DNA from: Candidatus Saccharimonadota bacterium
Lineage (GTDB): Bacteria; Patescibacteriota; Saccharimonadia; CAILAD01; GCA-016700035
Length of the DNA stretch: 64,000 bases
Assembly: GCA_046350755.1 (NCBI GenBank)
Contig: JAXLZV010000001.1
Coordinates: forward strand, 11,510 to 75,509
Direction: 5' to 3'
A model generated the notes under the pieces. That model did not search any database. It had not been told where the DNA came from and saw nothing but the letters and a program-made list of their open reading frames with translations. Of the stretch, positions 1 to 9,268 are shown piece by piece (the first letter of the stretch is position 1; each line of letters opens with the position of its first letter). Made by a program: the position numbers and the translations under genes.

Positions 1-2
1 GA

Positions 3-1997
3 GATGTCGTGCGGTTGAAAGCCGGTGACCAACTACCCGGGGATGGCAAACTCACGCAGGCGACCGCTTTGGAGCTTAACGAGGCTTTCTTGACTGGCGA
101 GTCAGTTCCGATCGGAAAAATAGTTGGCGCTGAGGCCTATGCAGCTAGCTTTGTAACGGCTGGGTCAGGTGAGTTGCAGATAGATAAGTTGGGGGAGCAG
201 ACTCGAATCGGGGCTTTAGCGGCTAGTGTCAAGCGACTGAATTTTCGAACTACGCCGATTCAGCGAACGATCGGCATAATTATTACGGTTTTGAGCTGGC
301 TGTTTGTCGTCATGGCGCTGGCGCTGGTCGCTCGAGGTAGTTCAGCTGGTGAAACCCCAGCTACTTTGGCGCGTGAGGTCGCCGCGATTGCCGCCACTAT
401 CGTGCCTGAGGGGTTAGTGCTGGCGGTAACCTTGCTATTTACCTACGGCGCAGTTCAGCTATATCGTTCAAGATTACTTGTCCAGCGAACCAGTGCGGTT
501 GAGTCGCTCGCCCGGATTCAGATTTTATGTCTTGATAAGACTGGTACGCTCACCGAGGATCGTTTGGTAGTAAATAGTATAGTCCCGGTAGCAAAAACCC
601 AGACAGCGACGGTCGAAAAGTATTTGGGGCACTATCTAGCTCTCACTGACCCAGATTCAGATCTTGCTGCAGCCTTGATTCGTCATATGGGTAAGTTGCC
701 AGCCGCCCAAGGTGAGAGCCTAGTGGGCTTTAGTAGTGAGCGAAAATGGGGCGCAGTACGGATTGGTCGTCGGCAGATCGTGGTTGGTGCGCCAGATATT
801 TTGGCAGATTTCGCGACGAAAACTGATGCGCAATGGGTTCAGGCGCAAAACCAGCAGGCAGCTCAAGCCGGAAACCGGGTGCTTTTGATAGCCGAGGCTA
901 GCCTCGACGGCAAAGTCGCGCTGAGGCACCTAAAGCCAGTTGGTATCGTGCGTTTTGAGCAGCCCATCAAAGCATCGGCCGCTGATGTTGTGAAGTTTTT
1001 TCACCAGCGAGACGTTCGTCTAGTGGTGATCTCCGGTGATCAGGCACCGACAGTACTCGCCATTGCCCGTCAATTGCAGTTAGCTGATACTGACACCAAG
1101 GCGATCGACGGTAAGCAACTGGCAAAATTCTCAACCCACCAGCGAGCCGCCTGTGTTGCTGAGCATTCAATCTTTGCGCGTGTCACACCACAGGAAAAAG
1201 CTCAACTGGTCCGAGATTTTCGCCAGCTCGGCTATACGGCCATGACCGGCGACGGCGCGAATGACGCCCTGGCCTTAAAGGCGGCTGATGTCGGTATTAG
1301 CATGTTCGCGGCGGCCGATATTACGCGGCGAGTGGCGGATATTGTATTGGTCAAAAATGCTTTTACCGATATCCCGGATGGAGTAGGGGCAGCTGATCGG
1401 ATTATTACCAATATCGAATTGGTTGGATCGGTTTTTTTGCACAAGGTCACGATTGGCTTGACCTTAATTGGGGTGGCGCTGGCTACCGGTACCGGCTATG
1501 TCTTCTCGCCGCGGACGATTACGATTTTGAATTACTTTTTAATTGGTTTACCACTTTTCTTATGGGTCTTAAGCCCGAGGCTGCGCGAGCGTCAGCCGCA
1601 TGAGCCGGGTTATTGGGCGCAAATCACCCCGTTACTAGTAAGTAATGGCTTGGTGGCGATGATGGTCAGTGTCGGAGCTAGCCTATGGGCGCTTGGCCAG
1701 GGGATTGATATTGGTATGGTCGTATTTTTAACGACCTTGATACTCGGAGTGAACATGGTCTTTTTGGCGCCCTACGCATTGCGTGTCGAGCCAGATCAGC
1801 ATCCACGCCGTACATACGGTGTGGTGGGGGCTATGTTGGTTGGTCTGGGGCTGGTACTACTCATTGAGCCACTCCGAGCATTCTTTGGCTTACAGGCATT
1901 TGATTGGAGTTGGTTTGGAGTGGGCTTTGTTTGGGGCAGCATAGGTGTGGCTTTGGCCTGGTCGGTGCAGTGGTGGCGACTACGTCTCAGGCCGTGA
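3..1997 (+). CDS. P-type cation-transporting ATPase, 5'-truncated at window edge
   Basis: Frame is open from the window start (DVVRLKAGD..). Motifs: actuator TGES (LTGESVP), phosphorylation DKTGTLTED, hinge GDGANDA, C-terminal TM helices. Confidence 0.8.
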   Translation, partial: DVVRLKAGDQLPGDGKLTQATALELNEAFLTGESVPIGKIVGAEAYAASFVTAGSGELQIDKLGEQTRIGALAASVKRLNFRTTPIQRTIGIIITVLSWLFVVMALALVARGSSAGETPATLAREVAAIAATIVPEGLVLAVTLLFTYGAVQLYRSRLLVQRTSAVESLARIQILCLDKTGTLTEDRLVVNSIVPVAKTQTATVEKYLGHYLALTDPDSDLAAALIRHMGKLPAAQGESLVGFSSERKWGAVRIGRRQIVVGAPDILADFATKTDAQWVQAQNQQAAQAGNRVLLIAEASLDGKVALRHLKPVGIVRFEQPIKASAADVVKFFHQRDVRLVVISGDQAPTVLAIARQLQLADTDTKAIDGKQLAKFSTHQRAACVAEHSIFARVTPQEKAQLVRDFRQLGYTAMTGDGANDALALKAADVGISMFAAADITRRVADIVLVKNAFTDIPDGVGAADRIITNIELVGSVFLHKVTIGLTLIGVALATGTGYVFSPRTITILNYFLIGLPLFLWVLSPRLRERQPHEPGYWAQITPLLVSNGLVAMMVSVGASLWALGQGIDIGMVVFLTTLILGVNMVFLAPYALRVEPDQHPRRTYGVVGAMLVGLGLVLLIEPLRAFFGLQAFDWSWFGVGFVWGSIGVALAWSVQWWRLRLRP

Positions 1998-2038
1998 GGC
2001 TGTACGTCTCGCTGTTTAATGGTTAAAATCAAGCACAG

Positions 2039-3109
2039 ATGAAACTTCTTACGCGCTTTTTGACATTCGTATTGTCGCTACTCTTGAGTGGCCTTATCAT
2101 TGCGTGGTCAACCTTAACCGTGCTCGGCTCCGCTACCACGGTTAATGGCATACTGATGCGTACAAAGGTATATGATCTGGCAGCTGAACAAACTCGTACT
2201 AGTTTGCAAAACCAGCCCAATATTCCAGCCCAATATAAAACAGTATTTGCCACCGCGCTCAATAACGCCCTGACGGCCGAGACGATGCAGGCTGTTATTC
2301 AGCCGCTGCTAGTCGATATGATTGGGTGGCTAAATCAACCTGGAGAGACTCCGCCACCGCGGCTGGTAGTTAATCTGTCTCCGGTCAGGTCGGCACTAGT
2401 GACCTCTGTCCAAAAGCTAGGGTTGTCTCCAGTTGAGCTGCTGGTGGTCGAGGCTCAAATTAATCAACAGCTACCTGATCAACTCGATATTGCTCAGGCG
2501 GCGAGTATTGGTAGTGGTGGGGCTTTGGCAATTAGCCCATCACCAGCTCCAGTGGCGCCAGAAAATCAGTACATGGCGTCGCTTCGACAAATAAAGGCCG
2601 TCTATACCTCAACCCGGACATTTGCCTACTTTGGATTGGCGGCGCTTGTCTTATTAACCATTCTGGTAGTGTTTTTGTCTCGACATGAGGGCCGGGGCAT
2701 GATGCGCCGTCCGGCCTGGGTATTTTTGAACGCCGGTATATTGGTAAGCGTGTTGTGGATCGCGGTGCAGTATTTTACCCGTGATGCATCACTTGGCAGC
2801 GTACAGGGTGCCCAGGCTGCCTCGACGGTCGGGCTCTTGTTGGCCCGCGAGGTGGTGGCTATAACGATTTGGTATGGTTTAGCCAGTATAGTGGCTGGAG
2901 GCGTGCTCTATGGTTTGTCGTTTTTTATTCACAAACTACCACCGACGACCCCAGGTGCGAAACGCTTAGCGCCACAGCCACCAACCACTCCAGTCCAGCC
3001 GCCAGCAACGAAGCTGGCTGTATCGCCCGCTGCGCAGATACAACCTACAACAGCTCCGTCCGACCCTTCCAGCGCGGCTTCACCAGCTCATACTGAATCA
3101 GTGAAGTGA
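2039..3109 (+). CDS. hypothetical membrane protein with Pro/Thr-rich C-terminal tail
   Basis: 356-aa ORF with N-terminal TM segment, internal TM helices and a PTTP-rich low-complexity C-terminus. No recognisable catalytic motif. Confidence 0.5.
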   Translation: MKLLTRFLTFVLSLLLSGLIIAWSTLTVLGSATTVNGILMRTKVYDLAAEQTRTSLQNQPNIPAQYKTVFATALNNALTAETMQAVIQPLLVDMIGWLNQPGETPPPRLVVNLSPVRSALVTSVQKLGLSPVELLVVEAQINQQLPDQLDIAQAASIGSGGALAISPSPAPVAPENQYMASLRQIKAVYTSTRTFAYFGLAALVLLTILVVFLSRHEGRGMMRRPAWVFLNAGILVSVLWIAVQYFTRDASLGSVQGAQAASTVGLLLAREVVAITIWYGLASIVAGGVLYGLSFFIHKLPPTTPGAKRLAPQPPTTPVQPPATKLAVSPAAQIQPTTAPSDPSSAASPAHTESVK

Positions 3110-5132
3110 ACAGTAGTCCCATGACAACGATATTGGTGATTGGCGCGAGGAGCTGAGCGAAAATATTTTGGCGCGCCTCGAGGGCGATAATGATGCGAGT
3201 GACGTAGGCAGCCGCCAAGGCGATGGCGACTTGCAAGAGATGAATTCTTGATCCTTCAAGAATATCCAGCCCCAAGATTACCACTGGTGCTGTGAAGATG
3301 AAGAGACCGCCAAGTACCAGAAAAATTGTCAGCGGGAAGTGAAAACGTAGGGCTGGGTAGTAACGTTGTATGTCATCTTCAATGATCGCGCGTAAACCGA
3401 GATGGTTTTGACTGGTGGCAACATCGGATGCCCGATACAGCTTAGCCTTCAGGCCTTGTAGGCGAGAACGATGGAACAGCTCTTGATCCTCGAGAGGGCT
3501 GGCTTTAACCGAAGCAAAGCCCTTAAGATCCCGAACTTTTGGTACATCGAAGGCAATGATGCCACCGTGGGCGGTTGAGCGCTCAGGAGCATGTTCTTGG
3601 AGGTAGGCGCCGGGGTAGGCGGCCAGCATCAGGTATTGGTTATGGCTGAGAATAGCTTTTTGGGCGAAGGATTTATTTTGATCAGACGGTAGCAGGGAAA
3701 GAAAATCAAGCTTTTCAGTTTCCATGATCGAAGCGATTTGGGCCAGGGCATTAGGCATCAGCACGGTGTCGGCTGAGACGAGCACAGCATAGTCACCAGT
3801 CGCTTGCTTCAGTAGCTGGTCGGCAGCCCAGGCATTAATGCCCCAGCCGGCTTGAATAGGGTCAATCTTGACTATTTTGAGGTGTTTATCGGTGTAGGTT
3901 GAAGCGATTTTGGCCGTATTGTCATCACTTCCAAGATCAGTAAATAGAATCTCGTAATCAGGGTAGTTTTGGCCGAGGGCCGCGAGCAGCGTCGACGAAA
4001 TATTCTCCGCTTGATTGTAGGCATGGATAAGGATTGAAATCCGTGGCCATTCATCGAGGCGTTGCGTTTTTGGCCGACGAAAGACTGCAAAATTGTAGGC
4101 GATCAAAAAGAGCTGGGCGAAAGCGAAGAGTGTACAAAAAGTCAGAATGTAGTCGAGTCGACTTGGCCCCAGCTGGAAGGGATCGAGGACAAACAGCATC
4201 AGTTGGGTAATCCAGAAGCCGATAACACCATTCAGCCACATAAAATTCGTCCAGGCACGCCGAAACTTGGGTGATTGGGCGTCAGACGTGTATTTCATAA
4301 ACGCGCCGGCGTTGAGGGCGTATAGACCAATGAGCAGGCCGGCTAGCAGCGAAGATGGCAAGGCGACGATTCCCGTTACGACTGCCGCGAGAATATAGAG
4401 CCAAAAGCTGAACCGAATCGTTCGACGTGTGCCCCACTGGGTAGCGATGGAGCGAATCTTGCCCGCTCGGTCGGGGATGATGTCTTGAATCGCTCCCATG
4501 GCGTGGCTGGCCATGCCCCAGGCCATGAAAGCGATGACGATTAGCCAGTTGATCGCTCCTGCTGGACTCACCAAGTAGCCGAAGATGACTGGGGCGACGA
4601 AGTGGCAGGCAGAATTAATCGAATCGAGTAGTGGTATTTCTTTGAAGCGCAAGCCTTTTACTGAGTATGACAGAGCTAGGAAAACAGTCACCGCTAAAGC
4701 AATTTGCCCAGTGAGGCTGATGAGACTGCCGAGCCAAACCAGCGCCAGGATATTTGTGACCCAGATGGCAATCCAAAGGATACTGCGCTGATTGGGCGCC
4801 ACGATCGAGCCTTCAACACCTCCCTTACGCGGATTCTTGAGGTCGGATTCATAGTCATAGATGTCGTTGACGCCATAGACGAGGAGGTTATAGGGCAGGA
4901 GGAAATATACCAGCCCAGCCCAAAATATTTGGTCGAACTGCCCACCACTGATCAAGTAGACGACTACGAAGGGAAAGGCGGTATTGATCCAGCTGACGGG
5001 TCGACTAGCCGCGAGAACGGCGCGGAGTTGAGCGCCGAGGCCGGGTTTTGCGCTTTGGGCTTTGGGCTTTGGGCGTGACTCGGCTTGATGGGGATGACGT
5101 TGGGTCGGTTGATGATGTGATTGGTTTGGCAT
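3045..5132 (-). CDS. UbiA-family prenyltransferase (lycopene elongase-like) fused to a GT2 glycosyltransferase
   Basis: The N-terminus carries the UbiA motif NDIYDYESD inside TM helices. The central domain RISILIHAYNQ..ILFTDLGSDDNT is a GT-A/GT2 signature, followed by more TM helices. The gene sits in a crt cluster. Confidence 0.55.
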   Translation of the reverse strand: MPNQSHHQPTQRHPHQAESRPKPKAQSAKPGLGAQLRAVLAASRPVSWINTAFPFVVVYLISGGQFDQIFWAGLVYFLLPYNLLVYGVNDIYDYESDLKNPRKGGVEGSIVAPNQRSILWIAIWVTNILALVWLGSLISLTGQIALAVTVFLALSYSVKGLRFKEIPLLDSINSACHFVAPVIFGYLVSPAGAINWLIVIAFMAWGMASHAMGAIQDIIPDRAGKIRSIATQWGTRRTIRFSFWLYILAAVVTGIVALPSSLLAGLLIGLYALNAGAFMKYTSDAQSPKFRRAWTNFMWLNGVIGFWITQLMLFVLDPFQLGPSRLDYILTFCTLFAFAQLFLIAYNFAVFRRPKTQRLDEWPRISILIHAYNQAENISSTLLAALGQNYPDYEILFTDLGSDDNTAKIASTYTDKHLKIVKIDPIQAGWGINAWAADQLLKQATGDYAVLVSADTVLMPNALAQIASIMETEKLDFLSLLPSDQNKSFAQKAILSHNQYLMLAAYPGAYLQEHAPERSTAHGGIIAFDVPKVRDLKGFASVKASPLEDQELFHRSRLQGLKAKLYRASDVATSQNHLGLRAIIEDDIQRYYPALRFHFPLTIFLVLGGLFIFTAPVVILGLDILEGSRIHLLQVAIALAAAYVTRIIIALEARQNIFAQLLAPITNIVVMGLLFTSLIQYELVKPRWKGRTELL

Positions 5133-5427
5133 AGTGCTCCTGAAGTTTTTGCCACAGCAGTGGCGCTATGTACAATGCTACCACCAAGTAGGCGATATCT
5201 TCTATCGGCCACGAGACTATTTTGAATCCCAGTACTTTTTGCCAGTCATAGCGCACGATTGCCAGGCTAGTAAGGTAGGTATTAAAGATGACCATCGCGA
5301 AGTAGAGCAAGACGGCGAGGGCGAGACGGTGCTGGCTGTTATCGGCCCTAGGTAGCCAGCGAGTGGCTAGCAGCCAAGCTACTAGCATGAAGCCTAGGTT
5401 GAGTAATACATACGTGTATGACTTCAC
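5005..5427 (-). CDS. lycopene cyclase domain protein (heterodimeric CrtYe/Yf-type subunit); 3' end uncertain
   Basis: A core of about 100 aa with three TM helices (LLYFAMVIFNTYLTSLAIVRYDW) resembles the small lycopene-cyclase-domain subunits of C50 carotenoid clusters. The basic disordered tail overlaps the next gene's start by 128 nt. Confidence 0.5.
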   Translation of the reverse strand: MKSYTYVLLNLGFMLVAWLLATRWLPRADNSQHRLALAVLLYFAMVIFNTYLTSLAIVRYDWQKVLGFKIVSWPIEDIAYLVVALYIAPLLWQKLQEHYAKPITSSTDPTSSPSSRVTPKAQSPKRKTRPRRSTPRRSRG

Positions 5428-5804
5428 GGCTGAGCCCGCTTTTTTGTCTGCCGGACTTGAGTCAGGCGCTTGTGATAGACGCGGCGTAACCAGACGTCGG
5501 CTAGTAGGCAGCTATACACTAGAAGCGTCAAAAAGCCGACTTCTTCAATCGGGAGATTGGGCGTGGTGAGATTAAGACCGAGCGTAAAACGAGGATTTGT
5601 ATAAAAGATACCCAGGATAATGCCGGCAATATCCCAGATAAGAAAAAACCCGACCATTAGGCCTAAGGTGGCCAGTGTCGCTTGGCGAGCGCCGGGCCGG
5701 CTCGAAAAATAGACAAGCTTCCAGCGGTAGTCGGCCAGCGTCAGGCCGCTCAGACTCACGAGTAAGATCGCCGCGTATGCCCAATGTGAGTAGAGCCAGT
5801 TCAT
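5424..5804 (-). CDS. lycopene cyclase domain protein (second subunit)
   Basis: The internal Met at 5804 (MNWLYSHWAYAAILLV..) is chosen over the track start at 6005, which would overlap crtI. Three TM helices; adjacent to the other cyclase-domain ORF. Confidence 0.5.
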   Translation of the reverse strand: MNWLYSHWAYAAILLVSLSGLTLADYRWKLVYFSSRPGARQATLATLGLMVGFFLIWDIAGIILGIFYTNPRFTLGLNLTTPNLPIEEVGFLTLLVYSCLLADVWLRRVYHKRLTQVRQTKKRAQP

Positions 5805-5827
5805 ATATCCATAGTATACTAGGTGAA

Positions 5828-7333
5828 ATGACACGAAAGAAACGCACTGCAATTGTGATTGGAGCTGGTATTGGTGGTTTGGCCACCGCTGCTCGCTTAG
5901 CAAAAGATGGTTGGCAGGTAACGCTGCTTGAGAAGGAGCCATTGATCGGCGGACGAGCCTATCGTCTCGATCAAGATGGTTATCGATTCGATACTGGTCC
6001 GACAATTTTAATGATGACTGATGTCTTGTATGATACCTTCAAATATTGTGGCAAGGACTTTGACGATTATATTTCGCTACAGCAACTTGAGCCCAACTAC
6101 CAAGTATTTTTCCCGGATGGGCAAAAAATCGAAGTCAGCTCGAATTTGCCGCGGTTTGCTAAGGAGCTGGCAAAGATTGATGAAAAGGCGCCGGAACAGT
6201 TTTATCGCTACTTTGCTGATGTGGCGAAGATATACCGGATAGCTCGCGGGCAATTTATTGATAAGAATTTTGATAAGCTGACTGATTTTATCGATATCAA
6301 AGCTGGTGCTCAACTCTTTAAAGGTCGTGGCCTGATGAAATTGTATAGTTTTGTGTCGCGCTACTTTACAGATCCGCGTTTGCGACAGTTATTTTCGTTT
6401 CAATCGATGTACTTGGGCGTGACTCCCTACGAAGCACCAGCGGTATACTCAGTGGTGAGTTATATGGAGACCGGTCTGGGGATTTGGTACCCCAAGGGCG
6501 GTATGCATGCCCTGCCACGTGCCTTTGGGAAGTTGTGCGAAGATCTTGGGGTTACCATCCGGACTGAGACACCAGTTGCTAGGATCGACATCGAAAATGG
6601 TCGGACGACCGGCGTGGTGCTGGAGGATGGCAGCCATCTCAAGAGTGATATTGTCATATCAAATGCTGATTTGACGTACAGCTATAAGAATCTGATTGCC
6701 CCCGAACATCGTCGGCGCTATCCCGATCGAAAAGTTGATGCCTTGAAGCAGGCCTCGAGCGCCATGTTATTTTACTGGGGAGTCGATGCTCCGCTCGATG
6801 GACTCCTGCATCACAATGTCTATTTTTCCGAAGATTTCAAACATAATCTTGAGGAAATATTTAAACAAAAAGTATTGCCTGACGACCCGGCCTTTTATGT
6901 CTATATTCCGACCAAGACTGATCCCGGCTTGGCACCGAAGGGCAAGCACGTCTTGTATATACTTGTGCCCGTGCCGAATCTCGATTCTCAGGTGGATTGG
7001 GAGAAAGCTGTACCTAAGGTTAAAGAACGCGTTCTGGAGCGGATGAAAACCGTGCTGGGTGCTGACGTGGCCAAAAAGATCGAGACTGAAGCCGTGTTTA
7101 CGCCTCAAGACTTTCTCACTCGCTTCAATCTGACCGATGGGTCGGCCTTTGGTCTGAGTCATTATTTCTTCCAGTCAGGCTACTTTCGCCCCCATAACGT
7201 CAGTCGGGACGTCAAAGGCCTGTACTTCGTCGGTGCCTCAACCTATCCCGGTAGTGGTGTACCAATGGTGACATTATCTGGTAAGCTGGTCGCAGAACGA
7301 ATTCAATCTGATGTCGAAGCTGGAACTATCTGA
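5828..7333 (+). CDS. crtI: phytoene desaturase
   Basis: The start is reset to the ATG at 5828 after an AGGTGA RBS (MTRKKRTAIVIGAGIGGLATAARLAKDGW is the FAD Rossmann fold). Length and conserved blocks are typical of CrtI-family desaturases. Confidence 0.8.
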   Translation: MTRKKRTAIVIGAGIGGLATAARLAKDGWQVTLLEKEPLIGGRAYRLDQDGYRFDTGPTILMMTDVLYDTFKYCGKDFDDYISLQQLEPNYQVFFPDGQKIEVSSNLPRFAKELAKIDEKAPEQFYRYFADVAKIYRIARGQFIDKNFDKLTDFIDIKAGAQLFKGRGLMKLYSFVSRYFTDPRLRQLFSFQSMYLGVTPYEAPAVYSVVSYMETGLGIWYPKGGMHALPRAFGKLCEDLGVTIRTETPVARIDIENGRTTGVVLEDGSHLKSDIVISNADLTYSYKNLIAPEHRRRYPDRKVDALKQASSAMLFYWGVDAPLDGLLHHNVYFSEDFKHNLEEIFKQKVLPDDPAFYVYIPTKTDPGLAPKGKHVLYILVPVPNLDSQVDWEKAVPKVKERVLERMKTVLGADVAKKIETEAVFTPQDFLTRFNLTDGSAFGLSHYFFQSGYFRPHNVSRDVKGLYFVGASTYPGSGVPMVTLSGKLVAERIQSDVEAGTI

Positions 7334-8399
7334 CGAACTGAAACTAGCCATTGGTCGCATTAAGACCGATGTGGATCGCGAACTGGCGATTTTTTTTGAT
7401 GTGAAGATTGCTGAGGCCGGTAAACTTGATCCTCAGTACAAACGGCTTCTCCAAGAAATGAAGAAATTTGCCTTACGAGGCGGTAAGCGGCTACGACCGT
7501 TTATGGCTTGGCTAGGCTGGCAGATTGCTGGCGGCAAGAATTACGATCATTTTATTCAAACAGTGATGGCCTGGGAGCTGTATCACAACTTTGCCATCAT
7601 TCATGACGATATTATGGATAATGACGACACGCGTTATGGTGGCCCAAATATCAAGGGGGCTTATGAGCGGTTGTTTCGGCGCAGTCATTCGGCTGAGGTA
7701 GCTGATTTACACGCCCGTAATATGGCCTTACTAGCTGGCGATATTGCGGTTGGCTTGACCATCGAAGTCTTGCAGAACGCCCCTTATCCGCCAGAGATTA
7801 AAGAACGTCTGCAGCGCGATATGCTCAAGCTTCATTTTTCGTTGGCCGGGGGACAGATGCTTGATGATCTAGCGGTTATAACTCGTGATATGAATCTCGC
7901 CAAAATACGTAAAGTCTACCTCTATAAAACGGCCCGTTATAGCATGGTGGCGCCGATGCAGTCAGGCGCGATCCTGGCCGGGGCCAATGATACGATTCTC
8001 AATATTATTGAGCGCTATGGTGTCCACGCCGGCATCGCTTATCAGATTACCGATGATCTCTTAGGTATGTACGGCACGGCCAAAGAAATTGGTAAGCCGA
8101 CCATCACAGATCTTCGCGAAAAGAAGAAGACGATTCTGATGTACTACGGACTGCAGTTTGCAAACGCTGCTGACAAAGCCGTCTTGCTAGCTAAGTGGGG
8201 GAACCCGCGCGTGACTTCCAGTGATCTCAAGCTTGTTCGCAAGATTTTAAATGATAACGGCGCGAAGGCCAAGACTATCTTCCTGGCTCAAGCCGAAGCA
8301 GTCGCTGCGAAAAAAGCCATCGGTAAGTTGGCGATGCCTGGGGAGTTACCGAAACTGTTTGAAGACTTTACTGACTATTTGGTGAGTCGCAGCGCGTGA
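7311..8399 (+). CDS. crtE: geranylgeranyl diphosphate synthase (polyprenyl synthetase)
   Basis: First Asp-rich motif IIHDDIMDNDD and second Asp-rich motif ITDDLLG. The 5' end overlaps the crtI 3' end by 23 nt. Confidence 0.8.
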   Translation: MSKLELSDELKLAIGRIKTDVDRELAIFFDVKIAEAGKLDPQYKRLLQEMKKFALRGGKRLRPFMAWLGWQIAGGKNYDHFIQTVMAWELYHNFAIIHDDIMDNDDTRYGGPNIKGAYERLFRRSHSAEVADLHARNMALLAGDIAVGLTIEVLQNAPYPPEIKERLQRDMLKLHFSLAGGQMLDDLAVITRDMNLAKIRKVYLYKTARYSMVAPMQSGAILAGANDTILNIIERYGVHAGIAYQITDDLLGMYGTAKEIGKPTITDLREKKKTILMYYGLQFANAADKAVLLAKWGNPRVTSSDLKLVRKILNDNGAKAKTIFLAQAEAVAAKKAIGKLAMPGELPKLFEDFTDYLVSRSA

Positions 8400-9244
8400 C
8401 CAGCCTGGCGCAGAGCTACCGTGCCTGTCGGCGAATTACCGCTCGCGCTAGCTCGACGTTCTATTTAGCCTCTTTGTTGTTTGATGCCCCGATTCGGCGC
8501 GATATTCAGGTATTGTATGCGTTTTGTCGGGTGGCGGATGATATCGTCGATGCCTCCAAGCATAGTGATGAGCAGAAGCGAGCTCAGTTGAAAGCCATGC
8601 AGCAAGCCATCGATACTCATCAGCAGTGCGAGGTCGAGCCAGAGATCTGGCCAGCTTTGTTTGCGATCCAGGCGAGATACCGACTGCCGAAGGCGCAGTT
8701 AAAAAATGTCCTTCGCGGAGTTGGTAGTGATATTGTTTTTACCCAGCCGAAGACACTAGCCCAACTCGATGAGTATAGCTACTATGTGGCGGGAGTGGTC
8801 GGCTTATTGTCGGCAAGGATCCTTGGCGCGCATAAAGCGAGTACCTATCGTGGTGCCCGCCAGCTGGGAATCGCCATGCAATATACGAATATTATCCGCG
8901 ATGTGGCGGCAGATCACGCCCTCGATCGGATTTATATTCCAAAATCAATTATGCGCGAGTACGGGGTAAAGCCGAGTATGCTCGATGAGTTTCCGCAGGC
9001 ACCAGAGCTGATAGCGGCCCTGGCGCGGTTAACGGAGCAGGCCGAAGGCTACTACGCCGAAGCTGAAGCAGCGATTCGTGATTTACCCGCCGGCTATCAA
9101 AAGCCGGTGCGAGTTGCGACGGCTTTATATCGAGGGGTTCTCGAACGCGTGAAGCAAAAGCGGTATACTGTATTAGATGGTCGCGTTCGACTCAATCGCC
9201 TCGATAAGCTGGCGGTAGTCTGGGACACCTATCGCGGCCGCTAA
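8396..9244 (+). CDS. crtB: phytoene synthase
   Basis: The GTG start overlaps the crtE stop (GTGA). Squalene/phytoene synthase motifs YAFCRVADDIVD and NIIRDVAADHALDRIYIP. Confidence 0.8.
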   Translation: MTSLAQSYRACRRITARASSTFYLASLLFDAPIRRDIQVLYAFCRVADDIVDASKHSDEQKRAQLKAMQQAIDTHQQCEVEPEIWPALFAIQARYRLPKAQLKNVLRGVGSDIVFTQPKTLAQLDEYSYYVAGVVGLLSARILGAHKASTYRGARQLGIAMQYTNIIRDVAADHALDRIYIPKSIMREYGVKPSMLDEFPQAPELIAALARLTEQAEGYYAEAEAAIRDLPAGYQKPVRVATALYRGVLERVKQKRYTVLDGRVRLNRLDKLAVVWDTYRGR

Positions 9245-9268
9245 TATTTTTCGATTCACTTCACTTAC

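Noticed and set aside
5675-6005. Extended 5' starts from the ORF track for crtI (5675) and the cyclase subunit (6005), which would overlap each other divergently by 330 nt
   Set aside because: The internal starts at 5828 (with an AGGTGA RBS, beginning exactly at the FAD-binding fold) and at 5804 remove the overlap. The extra N-terminal residues are low-complexity.
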